Below are positions 9,475 to 20,275 of a stretch of DNA of 64,000 nucleotides, one piece after another. The notes beneath the pieces are model-generated. The model worked only from the letters and a program-made list of their open reading frames with translations, had not been told where the DNA came from and ran no database searches. The DNA comes from Geminicoccus sp. (GTDB lineage Bacteria; Pseudomonadota; Alphaproteobacteria; UBA7985), in contig PAPT01000031.1 of the NCBI GenBank assembly GCA_002708995.1, forward strand, positions 7,902 to 71,901, in the 5' to 3' direction. The first letter of the stretch is position 1. Every line of letters starts with the position of its first letter. Both the position numbers and the translations under genes were made by a program.

Positions 9475-10000
9475 CTTGTATCCCTCAAGCCCGCGCGACC
9501 TTGAGCCGGTCGTTTTCCGCGCTTTGCGACGGGGCAGCAGCCCCATAACGTTATGCGCCTAAAATCGGGCATCGAGGGCCAAAAGTCCACCGGTAAACCG
9601 GCATTTCAGGGAAAAAATCAGACTGGCAAGGCGCTCGGAACGAGCCCGGACTTCGCTCGGGAGCGGCAGGCTGACGGCCCGCCACCCGATGAAAAGCACC
9701 GTGTGTGGTGGCCCTGCGCGCCCGTCGGCGGAACCACCCCGAGCCTGCGCCGCCTGATCCCGGGCGAGACCATGGCCTTCCCCGTCGAATTGCAGCTGGT
9801 CACCAGGACCCCCGGCTTTCAGCTCGCCGTGCCGGCCGGTTATCAGGTCTACCGGGCGCCAGAGGGCTGGTACTTCCTCGTTCGCGTTCAGTAGCACCAT
9901 CGCCGGGTTGATCTGCCCAGGGATTTCTGCCGCCGCTTGCTAGGCAGGGGGGAGAAACTACGGCATAAAGCCTGCCATCTATTGTATTGAGGCGCAGGTC

Positions 10001-11149
10001 ATGCACGCGGCAGCCATCACCGGAACCGGGCTTTTCACCCCCACCAACAGCATTTCCAACGACGAACTGGTCGAGGCGCTCAACGCCTTCGTCGAGACCT
10101 TCAACACCGAGAATGCCGCCGCCATCGAGGCGGGTGAGGTTGAAGCGCTGTCGCCGTCCTCGGACGAGTTCATCGTCAAGGCCAGCGGGATCAAATCGCG
10201 CTACGTGCTCGACAAGGAAGGCGTGCTCGACATCGGCCGGATGGCGCCGAGCCTGCCGACCCGCGGCGACGATGAAATCGCCATACAGGCGGAAATGGCG
10301 ATCCAGCCATCGCTTGACGCGCTGGCGGAAGCGGGGCTGGAGGTCAGCGATATCGACGGCGTGATCTGCGCAGCCTCGAACATGCAGCGCGCCTATCCCG
10401 CAATGTCGATCGAGATACAGGCGGCGCTGGGGCTGGAAGCGGGCTGGGCCTTCGACATGAACGTGGCCTGCTCTTCGGCGACCTTTGGCATCGACATGGC
10501 CGCTGCTGCCGTTCGGTCGGGGCAGGCGCGGCGGATCCTGATGATCAACCCAGAGATCTGCTCGGCGCATCTGAACTGGGAAAACCGCGATTGCCACTTC
10601 ATCTTCGGCGACGTCTGCACAGCCGCGATCATCGAGTGCGAAGACCTGGCGCTGGAGCGCCGCAAGCACGGCAGTGAAGGCCCGGTCTGGTCAATCCTCG
10701 GCTCCAAGTTGCGCACCCAGTTCTCCAACAACATCCGCAACAACTTCGGCTTCCTCAACCGCACCGAGGCTGACCCGCGCACCGGCTGGGATCTGCTGTT
10801 CAAGCAGGAAGGCCGCAAGGTGTTCAAGGAAGTGGTGCCCATGGTCGCCGCCATGATTGGAGAGCACCTGGGCGAGCACGATCTCGCGCCCGCCGACGTG
10901 CGCCGGTTCTGGCTGCATCAGGCCAACAAGAACATGAACGACTTCATCGCGAACAAGGTGCTGGGGCGTGTCCCGGAGGAGGACGAGGCGCCGGTGGTGC
11001 TGGATGAGTTTGCCAACACCTCTTCGGCGGGCTGCGTCATCGCCTTCCACCGCCACAGCCGTGATCTGAGTGTGGGTGATTTCGGCGTGCTCTGCTCCTT
11101 TGGGGCAGGATACTCGGCGGGCAGCGTGATCGTCCGCCGTGCGGCCTAA
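10001..11149 (+). CDS. beta-ketoacyl-ACP synthase III-like (KAS III/FabH-like) condensing enzyme
   Basis: 382 aa. Active-site Cys in NVACSSATFG, His in HQANKNM, Asn in NTSSAGC, so the FabH/CHS-like thiolase triad is present. It is longer than housekeeping FabH, and a canonical fabH is present at 46323..47303. SD gagg lies 9 nt upstream. Confidence 0.7.
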   Translation: MHAAAITGTGLFTPTNSISNDELVEALNAFVETFNTENAAAIEAGEVEALSPSSDEFIVKASGIKSRYVLDKEGVLDIGRMAPSLPTRGDDEIAIQAEMAIQPSLDALAEAGLEVSDIDGVICAASNMQRAYPAMSIEIQAALGLEAGWAFDMNVACSSATFGIDMAAAAVRSGQARRILMINPEICSAHLNWENRDCHFIFGDVCTAAIIECEDLALERRKHGSEGPVWSILGSKLRTQFSNNIRNNFGFLNRTEADPRTGWDLLFKQEGRKVFKEVVPMVAAMIGEHLGEHDLAPADVRRFWLHQANKNMNDFIANKVLGRVPEEDEAPVVLDEFANTSSAGCVIAFHRHSRDLSVGDFGVLCSFGAGYSAGSVIVRRAA

Positions 11150-11258
11150 GCCGCGCTTCGCCGTCATCGCCTTTTCCTCATCCCTCATCCCTCATTCCCC
11201 AAGCAGGCCCGATCCCTAATCCCCCAAGCTGGCCCAAGACCGCAGGAGACCCCGACCC

Positions 11259-12110
11259 ATGACAACACCCCGCTTCACCGGCACCGATGCCTACGTTGCC
11301 GACGACGGTCTGATGATGGCGGTCAACGCCGCGATTACGCTGGAAAAGCCAATTCTGGTGAAGGGGGAGCCCGGCACCGGCAAGACCATGCTGGCCGAGC
11401 AGGTGGCAACGGCCCTGGGTGCGCCCTTCATCCAGTGGCATATCAAGTCGACGACCAAGGCGCGGCAGGGTCTCTACGAATACGATGCCGTCAGCCGTCT
11501 GCGCGATGGTCAGTTGGGCGAGGAGCGGGTGCACGACATCGGCAACTACATCGTGCGCGGTAAGCTGTGGGAGGCCTTCGACAGCGACAGCCGGGCGGTG
11601 CTGCTGATCGATGAAATCGACAAGGCCGATATCGAGTTTCCCAACGACCTGCTGCTCGAACTCGACCGGATGGAGTTCTTCGTCTACGAGCTCAATCAGG
11701 TGATCAAGGCCAAGCACCGGCCGATCATCATCATCACCTCCAACAATGAAAAGGAGCTGCCGGACGCTTTCCTGCGCCGCTGCTTCTTCCACTACATCAC
11801 CTTTCCCGATCGCGAGACCCTGACGCGGATCGTCGACGTGCACTATCCGGGGATCAAGAAGACGTTGCTCAAGGCCGCGCTGGAGGCGTTTTTCGGCCTG
11901 CGCGAGATCCCGGGGTTGAAGAAGAAGCCGTCGACCTCAGAGCTGCTCGACTGGCTCAAGCTGCTGATGGCCGAAGATATCGACGAGAGCATCCTGCGTG
12001 AGTCGGCGACCAAGAAGGTGATCCCGCCGCTCTACGGCGCGCTGCTGAAGAACGAGCAGGACGTGCAACTTTTCGAGCGGCTGGCGTTCATGGCGCGGCG
12101 CGAGACCTGA
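11259..12110 (+). CDS. MoxR-like AAA+ ATPase (AAA_5; CbbQ/NirQ/NorQ/GvpN family)
   Basis: 283 aa. Walker A GEPGTGKT, Walker B LLIDEIDKA, sensor/arginine finger region ITSNNEKELPDAFLRRCFF. SD aggaga upstream. No VWA partner gene adjacent. Confidence 0.75.
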   Translation: MTTPRFTGTDAYVADDGLMMAVNAAITLEKPILVKGEPGTGKTMLAEQVATALGAPFIQWHIKSTTKARQGLYEYDAVSRLRDGQLGEERVHDIGNYIVRGKLWEAFDSDSRAVLLIDEIDKADIEFPNDLLLELDRMEFFVYELNQVIKAKHRPIIIITSNNEKELPDAFLRRCFFHYITFPDRETLTRIVDVHYPGIKKTLLKAALEAFFGLREIPGLKKKPSTSELLDWLKLLMAEDIDESILRESATKKVIPPLYGALLKNEQDVQLFERLAFMARRET

Positions 12111-12174
12111 GCCGGGTTCCGGTACGCCGCCGTAGCGTGGGGAAGGCTCCAACGCCGGCTGAAGGGTCTGCTGG

Positions 12175-12780
12175 TCAGTAACGCGAAACGCAGTCCTCGG
12201 TTACGATCGGATAGCCGCCCTGACCCACCGGGCAGTTGGCGTAGGGGTCGAAGTACTCAGGTGCCCTGTTTTCCGCTTCCGTCCCTAAAGCAGCGCCCTG
12301 AGCCAGACCCTCGATCATGGCCTCGGCCGAGGCGCCAGCGCCAGCCTCGTTCCCAGCCGTGTTCACCGTTGCACCTTCTGCCACGGCACTGGCGGCGCTC
12401 GGGTCCGTCTCGCTGCACTCGAGGAAGTAGAAGCGTTGACCAGTTGTCGGGTCGGTGGCGTCGATCACCTTGACCACGTCGCCGAAGCCCGAGCTGATGC
12501 AGTAGCCTGCTTCCTGCGCGTGGACGGTTGACTTAAATAGCGCGTGCGGGAAGGCATCGCCCGAAACTTCGACAATCATCTGGAACGCGAGCGGGTCCAT
12601 ATCCGCCGGACGGGCGCGGTCGATAGCGCTGAAGTCAGGGCTGACCTCGATCGTGGTGTCGGGTTCCATGTTGCTGAAGCTGCTGTTATTCCGGTTCTGC
12701 AGCGCAGTTTGGAGGCGCGACTGATCGCAGGCGCAAACCAGCAGGCACAGGCCCAGCAGGCTCGGTATGGCAATCTTCAT
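12175..12780 (-). CDS. secreted protein / putative lipoprotein (hypothetical)
   Basis: ORF 12175..12792 with ATG at 12780. Signal MKIAIPSLLGLCLLVCAC followed by Cys. Three further Cys in the mature part. No recognisable domain. Confidence 0.5.
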   Translation of the reverse strand: MKIAIPSLLGLCLLVCACDQSRLQTALQNRNNSSFSNMEPDTTIEVSPDFSAIDRARPADMDPLAFQMIVEVSGDAFPHALFKSTVHAQEAGYCISSGFGDVVKVIDATDPTTGQRFYFLECSETDPSAASAVAEGATVNTAGNEAGAGASAEAMIEGLAQGAALGTEAENRAPEYFDPYANCPVGQGGYPIVTEDCVSRY

Positions 12781-12899
12781 TGTGTCCCCCAACTCCCGCG
12801 ATTGAGCACTTCAGGTACCAAGACTGCGGCGGGCCGGTGCCCCTTGACGCGCAGGCCGATCCCGCACTCTAGTGAGGAATTCCAAACAGTGAAAGGGGT

Positions 12900-13330
12900 G
12901 TGTCCCGCGTGGTCGAACAGTTTACCCGGGGCCCTCGTCGGCCCCAGCCCTGGCGGCAGGAGGAATTCGATCCCCGGGTGCGCGAGACCCTCGCCGGGCA
13001 GCATTTTGCGAAGACGCTGAGGATCGAACCGGTGTCAATCGAGTACGGCCGCGTAAGCTTTTACCTGCCGGTGCGGCCGCTGGTGTTGCAGCAGCACGCC
13101 AAGTCCATGGCGGGGCTATCGGCGCGCTCATGGATACGGCAACCGGCATGTGTTCGGTGACGATAGTCGGCCTCAATGAAAGGGCGCTGACCTAAAAGCT
13201 CAAAATCAACTTCCTCAGCACCGGCGAGGGAGACACCCTGATCGCCATGGCGCGGGTGATCTAGGACGGTAACCGGCTAATCATAATGGACGCTGAGGCA
13301 ACAGCAGTTGTCCCTCATGAGAGAACTCGA
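12900..13330 (+). pseudogene. PaaI/hotdog-fold thioesterase pseudogene (frameshift plus two in-frame stops)
   Basis: Frame 1 reads ...FAKTLRIEPVSIEYGRVSFYLPVRPLVLQQHAKS. A -1 shift near 13105-13115 then restores HGGAIGALMDTATGMC..., which is the PaaI catalytic motif. Downstream homology (KLKINFLSTGEGDTLIAMARVI.DGNRLIIMDAEA) is interrupted by a TAA at about 13193 and a TAG at about 13262. GC content collapses toward the 3' end. Confidence 0.6.
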
Positions 13331-13399
13331 AGCGTTGTCCATATAACTTGTTCGTAGGCGCAGATTCCTAAGAACCAATACTAAGCTACGATAGAGCAT

Positions 13400-14788
13400 T
13401 TATTTTGGCGAAGTCATCCTGCTTGGATCAATTAATTCGTCGAATTCTTCAGGCTGGATTAATCCTGAGGTTATCGCTTCATCTCTGAGCGAAGTGTTAT
13501 TCTCAAAAGCGCGTTTTGCGATAAGCGCGGCATTGTCATACCCAATCTTTGGCGCTAGCGCTGTCACCAGCATAAGGCTACGGCGCACGTGATTATTGAT
13601 ATTTTCCCGATTCGGCTGGATCCCAACGAGGCAATTCGAACAAAACGAATTAATACTGTCTGATAGTAGCCTAGTTGACTGCAAAATATTGTGAATTATC
13701 ACAGGTTTATAGACATTCAGCTGGAGGGTCCCCTGCGACCCTGCGAATGCGATAGTAGTTTCGTTACCAATTACTTGAGCACATACCTGCGTCAGTGCCT
13801 CAATTTGAGTTGGATTGACTTTACCTGGCATAATTGAGCTGCCTTGTTCATTTTGGGGAAGATTCAACTCTCCCAGTCCACAGCGTGGTCCCGAAGCCAA
13901 AAAGCGAAGGTCATTAGCTATTTTGATGAGTGATACCGAAAAAACTTTTAAAGTCGCGGCAAAATTGACCAGCGCATCGTGTGAAGCCATGTGCTGAGAC
14001 TTGTTTTTTGGAACTCGAAAATCCTCACCAATGATTTCACTAATTTTGGCTACAATTTGTGCATCCCATCCGGGAGCAGTATTCACACCATTTCCAACTG
14101 CTGTTCCCCCCTGTGGAATAAATAGTAAATCGTCAGTAGCGACTTTCACCCTTCTAGTATTTTCTTGAATCATTTCTCGAAAGGTTTCAAATTCGTCGCT
14201 GAGCTTAATAGGTGTTGCATCCATATGATGTGTCCTGCCTATCTTTACAATACCTTGAAACTCCTGCGCTTTTTGATCAAATGTTTCTATTAAGGTTAAC
14301 AAAGCCGGCACAAGATTATTTCTTACTGCAATTATAGTGGCGACATGCATGGCAGTAGGATATGTATCATTTGATGACTGTCCAAAATTACAGTGGTCAT
14401 TTGGATGAATGACTATTTCTTTTTGATGTTTTTCTCTATATAAATAAGCGCCATAATTTGATAATACTTCATTAACATTCATGTTTGTCTGGGTTCCTGA
14501 TCCAGTTTGCCATACTGATAGTGGAAAGTGCTGATCCATCTTACCACTCATAATTGCCTCTGCGGCTTCACAAATAGCAATACAAATAGGGTCACTAATA
14601 GATTTGTGTCTTTTATTTACAATTGCTGCCGCTTTTTTTATTGCTGCTAATGCATGAATGATCTCGACGGGCTGCCTCTCCTCGCCAATCGAAAAATTTC
14701 TTAAAGATCTTTGCGTTTGTATACCCCAATACGCTGACGCAGGAATTTTTTCTTCACCAAAAGAGTCTTGAACAACTCGGTATTTCAT
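13400..14788 (-). CDS. fumC: class II fumarate hydratase (foreign, AT-rich)
   Basis: 462 aa. Fumarase/aspartase signature GSSIMPGKVNP plus WQTGSGTQTNMNVNEVL and HPNDHCNFGQSSNDTYPTAMH (FumC-type rather than AspA). SD ggaga 6 nt upstream. The gene is about 40% GC with A/T-ending codons, against about 66% in its neighbours. Confidence 0.85.
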   Translation of the reverse strand: MKYRVVQDSFGEEKIPASAYWGIQTQRSLRNFSIGEERQPVEIIHALAAIKKAAAIVNKRHKSISDPICIAICEAAEAIMSGKMDQHFPLSVWQTGSGTQTNMNVNEVLSNYGAYLYREKHQKEIVIHPNDHCNFGQSSNDTYPTAMHVATIIAVRNNLVPALLTLIETFDQKAQEFQGIVKIGRTHHMDATPIKLSDEFETFREMIQENTRRVKVATDDLLFIPQGGTAVGNGVNTAPGWDAQIVAKISEIIGEDFRVPKNKSQHMASHDALVNFAATLKVFSVSLIKIANDLRFLASGPRCGLGELNLPQNEQGSSIMPGKVNPTQIEALTQVCAQVIGNETTIAFAGSQGTLQLNVYKPVIIHNILQSTRLLSDSINSFCSNCLVGIQPNRENINNHVRRSLMLVTALAPKIGYDNAALIAKRAFENNTSLRDEAITSGLIQPEEFDELIDPSRMTSPK

Positions 14789-15112
14789 AATTTATCTCCA
14801 TTGACAGAAAATTCGGGGTAGCACTTCATATTCATTTGATTCTACTATTTTTATAAGGAGGCCGGCTATTATCATCAATATTTGTGTGAGGGGTCGCCTT
14901 CCGTAGCTGCATAAAAAGCAGATCATATTAATTCGGTAGCCGTGTAGCTAGATCAGCGCAGCAGCAGTCGACGGCGCAGACTTTTCGTGGCAGTAAGTAA
15001 ACTGCTTTGCTTCTGTAGAGTGGTCCATGGGCTGTCCACCTGTTTCAGTAGCGACCCTTTGCTGACAGTTGACATTATTTCCCAGTATGTAGCCCTGACC
15101 AGATTAACTGGT

Positions 15113-15724
15113 TCACTCCTCAATTAGCGGCGCCATATCACTGTCAGGGTCCATATCGTCCGCCGGTTGGCGGGTGTTTCGCTGCGAGACCGGGCGCGAG
15201 ATGTACTCCTGGATCTCGGTCAGCTCGACGAAGCTGTCCGCCTGCCGGCGCAACTCGTCTGCGATCATTGGCGGCGAGGACTTGATTGTCGAAATCACCG
15301 TCACCCGCACGCCCTTGCGCTGCACCGCCTCAACCAGCCGGCGGAAGTCGCCGTCGCCTGAGAACAGCACAATATGGTCGAGACGGTCGGCCATCTCCAT
15401 GACGTCGATCGCCAGTTCGATGTCCATATTGCCCTTGATCTTCCGCCGTCCGGTGGCGTCGGTGAACTCCTTGGTCGGCTTGGTGACAATGGTGTAGCCA
15501 TTGTAGTCCAGCCAATCGACCAGCGGCCGGATCGGTGAGTATTCCTGATCATCGAGCAATGCCGTGTAGTAGAAGGCACGCACCATCATCGCCTGCTTCT
15601 GGAACATGCCGAGCAGCGACTTGTAGTCGATGTCGAAGGCCAGCGCCCGCGCGGTTGCATAGAGGTTTGAGCCGTCGATGAAGAGGGCTATTCTTTCCTG
15701 CGGGTAGAAGCGCAAGTTACTCAT
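15113..15724 (-). CDS. NYN (LabA-like, PIN-related) domain protein
   Basis: 203 aa. ALFIDGSNLY...MDIELAIDVMEMA...IVLFSGDGDF is the NYN/LabA nuclease-like core. Acidic C-terminal tail. Confidence 0.7.
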   Translation of the reverse strand: MSNLRFYPQERIALFIDGSNLYATARALAFDIDYKSLLGMFQKQAMMVRAFYYTALLDDQEYSPIRPLVDWLDYNGYTIVTKPTKEFTDATGRRKIKGNMDIELAIDVMEMADRLDHIVLFSGDGDFRRLVEAVQRKGVRVTVISTIKSSPPMIADELRRQADSFVELTEIQEYISRPVSQRNTRQPADDMDPDSDMAPLIEE

Positions 15725-15839
15725 AAAATCCGCCTTGCTTTAAATGTCCCGACGTCACGGTGGCGCAAAAATGCCTGGGCGCAAAAAAATGAAGCGACCG
15801 CGGTAATAGCTTCCGCAGACATAGGGGCAACTTTTAGTT

Positions 15840-16349
15840 TTGCTCGTACGAGACTTAGGATGGTACACCCGCCCCAGCATTGCAACTTTGGTTATCCACA
15901 GGCGGCCGCGCGTGATCCTAATCGGACTCGGAAGCAACCTTCCACACCCTGAAATCGGCGATTCAGCCTCCGTATTGCGGGAGGCACTGGCCCGACTGCA
16001 CGCCAAGGGCGTAAAGATTCTGCGCGTTTCACCCTTTATCGCGACTGAGCCAGTCCCGGTGTCCGACCAGCCCTGGTATCAGAACGCGGTTTGCGCGGTC
16101 GAGTCGGCCCTGTCTGCCCGTGACTTACTGGCGGTTCTTCACGAAATCGAGGCCGATTTCGGCCGGGTCAGGGGAGTGCGGAACGCTGCCCGGATCCTCG
16201 ATCTCGACCTGCTGATCTACCACGGCAAGCGCGACCCGGTGGGGCCGCCGATCTTGCCCCATCCGCGCATGTTCGAGCGTGATTTTGTCATGGTGCCGCT
16301 GGCGACCATCGCCGATGCTGAGGCCCTACGCGCCGAATTCGACGCCTGA
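15840..16349 (+). CDS. folK: 2-amino-4-hydroxy-6-hydroxymethyldihydropteridine pyrophosphokinase (HPPK)
   Basis: VILIGLGSNL...ILRVSPFIATEPV...ILDLDLLIY...PHPRMFERDFVMVPL matches HPPK. The true start may be the in-frame GTG at 15912 (VILIGLG...). Confidence 0.8.
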   Translation: MLVRDLGWYTRPSIATLVIHRRPRVILIGLGSNLPHPEIGDSASVLREALARLHAKGVKILRVSPFIATEPVPVSDQPWYQNAVCAVESALSARDLLAVLHEIEADFGRVRGVRNAARILDLDLLIYHGKRDPVGPPILPHPRMFERDFVMVPLATIADAEALRAEFDA

Positions 16350-16493
16350 AGCACGCCACTTTGAAGCGCTTTTCAGCACGGCTGTGACCGGTCCTGTGCA
16401 GCCGGCCCGCGGAGGCGTCGACCAGAACCGTTTCCGCGCCGCGTCCTGTCGTGGGCTCTTAGCGCCCCATTCCCAAAGGTGCGAGGCCCACGC

Positions 16494-16549
16494 GCTCAGA
16501 CGCTCAGACGCTCAGACGCTCAGACGCTTAGGTGCTCAGACGCTGAGAG
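16494..16549. repeat. octanucleotide microsatellite (GCTCAGAC)n, about 7 units
   Basis: gctcagac x4 perfect, then gcttaggt, gctcagac, gctgagag. Lies in the convergent intergenic region between folK and the gamma-glutamyltransferase gene. Confidence 0.8.
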
Positions 16550-16551
16550 GT

Positions 16552-18153
16552 TCACAGGCCCGCGGCCTGGCCGTCCTTCCGCGGGTCTGAACCGGCCGAC
16601 AGAAAGCCGCTGTCCTGGTGCAGCCAGATGCCTTGACCGCCGCCGATCGGCTTCTCGGGGATTGCCAGCCGGTGGCCCCGGTCCAGCAGACCCTGACGCA
16701 GCAGTGGCGATAGCCCGGCTTCGGCCTGCACCCCGCCGGTCTTGGGCGAGGCGTGCACCCGCGGCTGGTCCAGCGCTGCCTGAATATCCAGCCCGAAGTC
16801 GAGCATGGCGGTCAGCACGTGCACCTGTCCCTGGGGCTGGTAGTCCGCCCCCATGACGCCGAAGGCCATCTGCACGTCATCGCCCTTGGTCAGCATGGCC
16901 GGAATAATGGTGTGCATGGGCCGCTTGCCTGGCCCGTAGGCGTTGGGGTGGCCGGGGTCATCGATGCGGAAGCTGCGGGCGCGGTTCTGGAACCAGATCC
17001 CCGACCCCGGCGCCACCAGCCCGGACCCGAAACTGTCGAAGACCGATGCGATCAGGCTGACCGCGTTGCGGTCGCCGTCGACCACGGCCAGGTAGACGGT
17101 GTCACCGCTGGCCGGATAGTCCGGGGTCGGCACGGGTGAGAGGCTGCGGTCGTCGCGGATGCGGGCCGCCTGCCGGTCCATGCGCGCGGGGTTGAGCACG
17201 TCCTCGACGCGGCACGGCATCGACGGCAGGTCGGCGAAGAAGGCCTCGCGGTCGGCGTAGGCGAGGTGCGCGGCCTCGATCTGCTGGTGGTAACGGTCGA
17301 GCCCGTCGACCGAGCCGGGCGTGCCCAGCCGGTCGAGGATCTGCAGCATCTCCAGCGCCACCAGCCCCTGACCGTTGGGCGGTATCTCCCACAGCCGGTG
17401 GCCGCGGTAGGCGGTGCTGATCGGGTCGACCCACGTGCTCCGGGTCGCGGCGAAATCCTCGGCGCTGTGCAGGCCACCGCCCGCGCGCAGCTTGGCCAGC
17501 ATGTCGTCCACGACCCAGCCGTCGTAGAAACCCGCCCGGCCCTTGGCCGCGATTTCCCCCAGCGTCCGCGCCAGCGCCGGGAACACCATCCGCTGGCCGA
17601 CACGGGGCAGGGCCCCGCCGGGCAGCAGCAGGGCGGCGGCGTCGGGATCGTTGGCCAGCAAATCCCGCTCCAGCCCCCAGTCGCTGCGCACCCGCGCGTG
17701 CACCGGAAAGCCAACCTCGGCATAGACCCGCCCCGGTTCGATCACCCGCGCCAGATCCCAGCTGCCGAAGCGTTCGTGCAGGGTGATAAGGCCATCCACG
17801 GCCCCGGGGACCGTCACTGCGTGCGGGTGCTGGCGGTCGACCTTGCTGGTCCCGGAGAAGGCGGCGCTGACCTGCTCCAGCGTCGCTGCTGCCGGTGCGC
17901 GGCCCGAGCCGTTGAGCCCGTAGACGGGCATTTTCCCACCCTCGGCGTAGAGCGCGAACATGTCCCCGCCCAGCCCCACGGACTGAGGCTCGACCACGCA
18001 CTGCACCAGACAGGCAGTCACGGCTGCATCCACGGCGTTACCGCCCTCGGCCAGCACCTGCAGCGCTGCCGATGTCGCAAGCGGATGAGACGTTGCAACC
18101 GCCCCCTTTTCCGCCATAACAGTAGACCGGCCGGGAAGCTCGAAACTGCGCAT
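16552..18153 (-). CDS. ggt: gamma-glutamyltransferase family protein
   Basis: ORF 16552..18354. ATG at 18153 (MRSFELPG...) is preceded by AAGGAG at -10; another ATG lies at 18117. GGT-family blocks AVDAAVTACLVQCVVEPQSVGLGGD and the nucleophile region HTIIPAM. No obvious signal peptide. Confidence 0.8.
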   Translation of the reverse strand: MRSFELPGRSTVMAEKGAVATSHPLATSAALQVLAEGGNAVDAAVTACLVQCVVEPQSVGLGGDMFALYAEGGKMPVYGLNGSGRAPAAATLEQVSAAFSGTSKVDRQHPHAVTVPGAVDGLITLHERFGSWDLARVIEPGRVYAEVGFPVHARVRSDWGLERDLLANDPDAAALLLPGGALPRVGQRMVFPALARTLGEIAAKGRAGFYDGWVVDDMLAKLRAGGGLHSAEDFAATRSTWVDPISTAYRGHRLWEIPPNGQGLVALEMLQILDRLGTPGSVDGLDRYHQQIEAAHLAYADREAFFADLPSMPCRVEDVLNPARMDRQAARIRDDRSLSPVPTPDYPASGDTVYLAVVDGDRNAVSLIASVFDSFGSGLVAPGSGIWFQNRARSFRIDDPGHPNAYGPGKRPMHTIIPAMLTKGDDVQMAFGVMGADYQPQGQVHVLTAMLDFGLDIQAALDQPRVHASPKTGGVQAEAGLSPLLRQGLLDRGHRLAIPEKPIGGGQGIWLHQDSGFLSAGSDPRKDGQAAGL

Positions 18154-18222
18154 GAACCTTACTCCTTGCGAGAATGCCAGCTCAAGCCGAGCCGACAGGA
18201 ACACGAGATCAAGGACGCTCCC

Positions 18223-20202
<1,980 letters not shown>

Positions 20203-20275
20203 GGGTCGTGCCTGTGGATTGGAGCTGAGGCGCGGTCCGGCCGGGATTGAGTCACGTTGAGGAAGGACGAGGGTT

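Noticed and set aside
12111-12174. Search for a VWA or CoxE partner downstream of the MoxR ATPase
   Set aside because: Only 64 bp separate the ATPase stop from a convergent lipoprotein gene. No partner gene exists here, as noted in findings.
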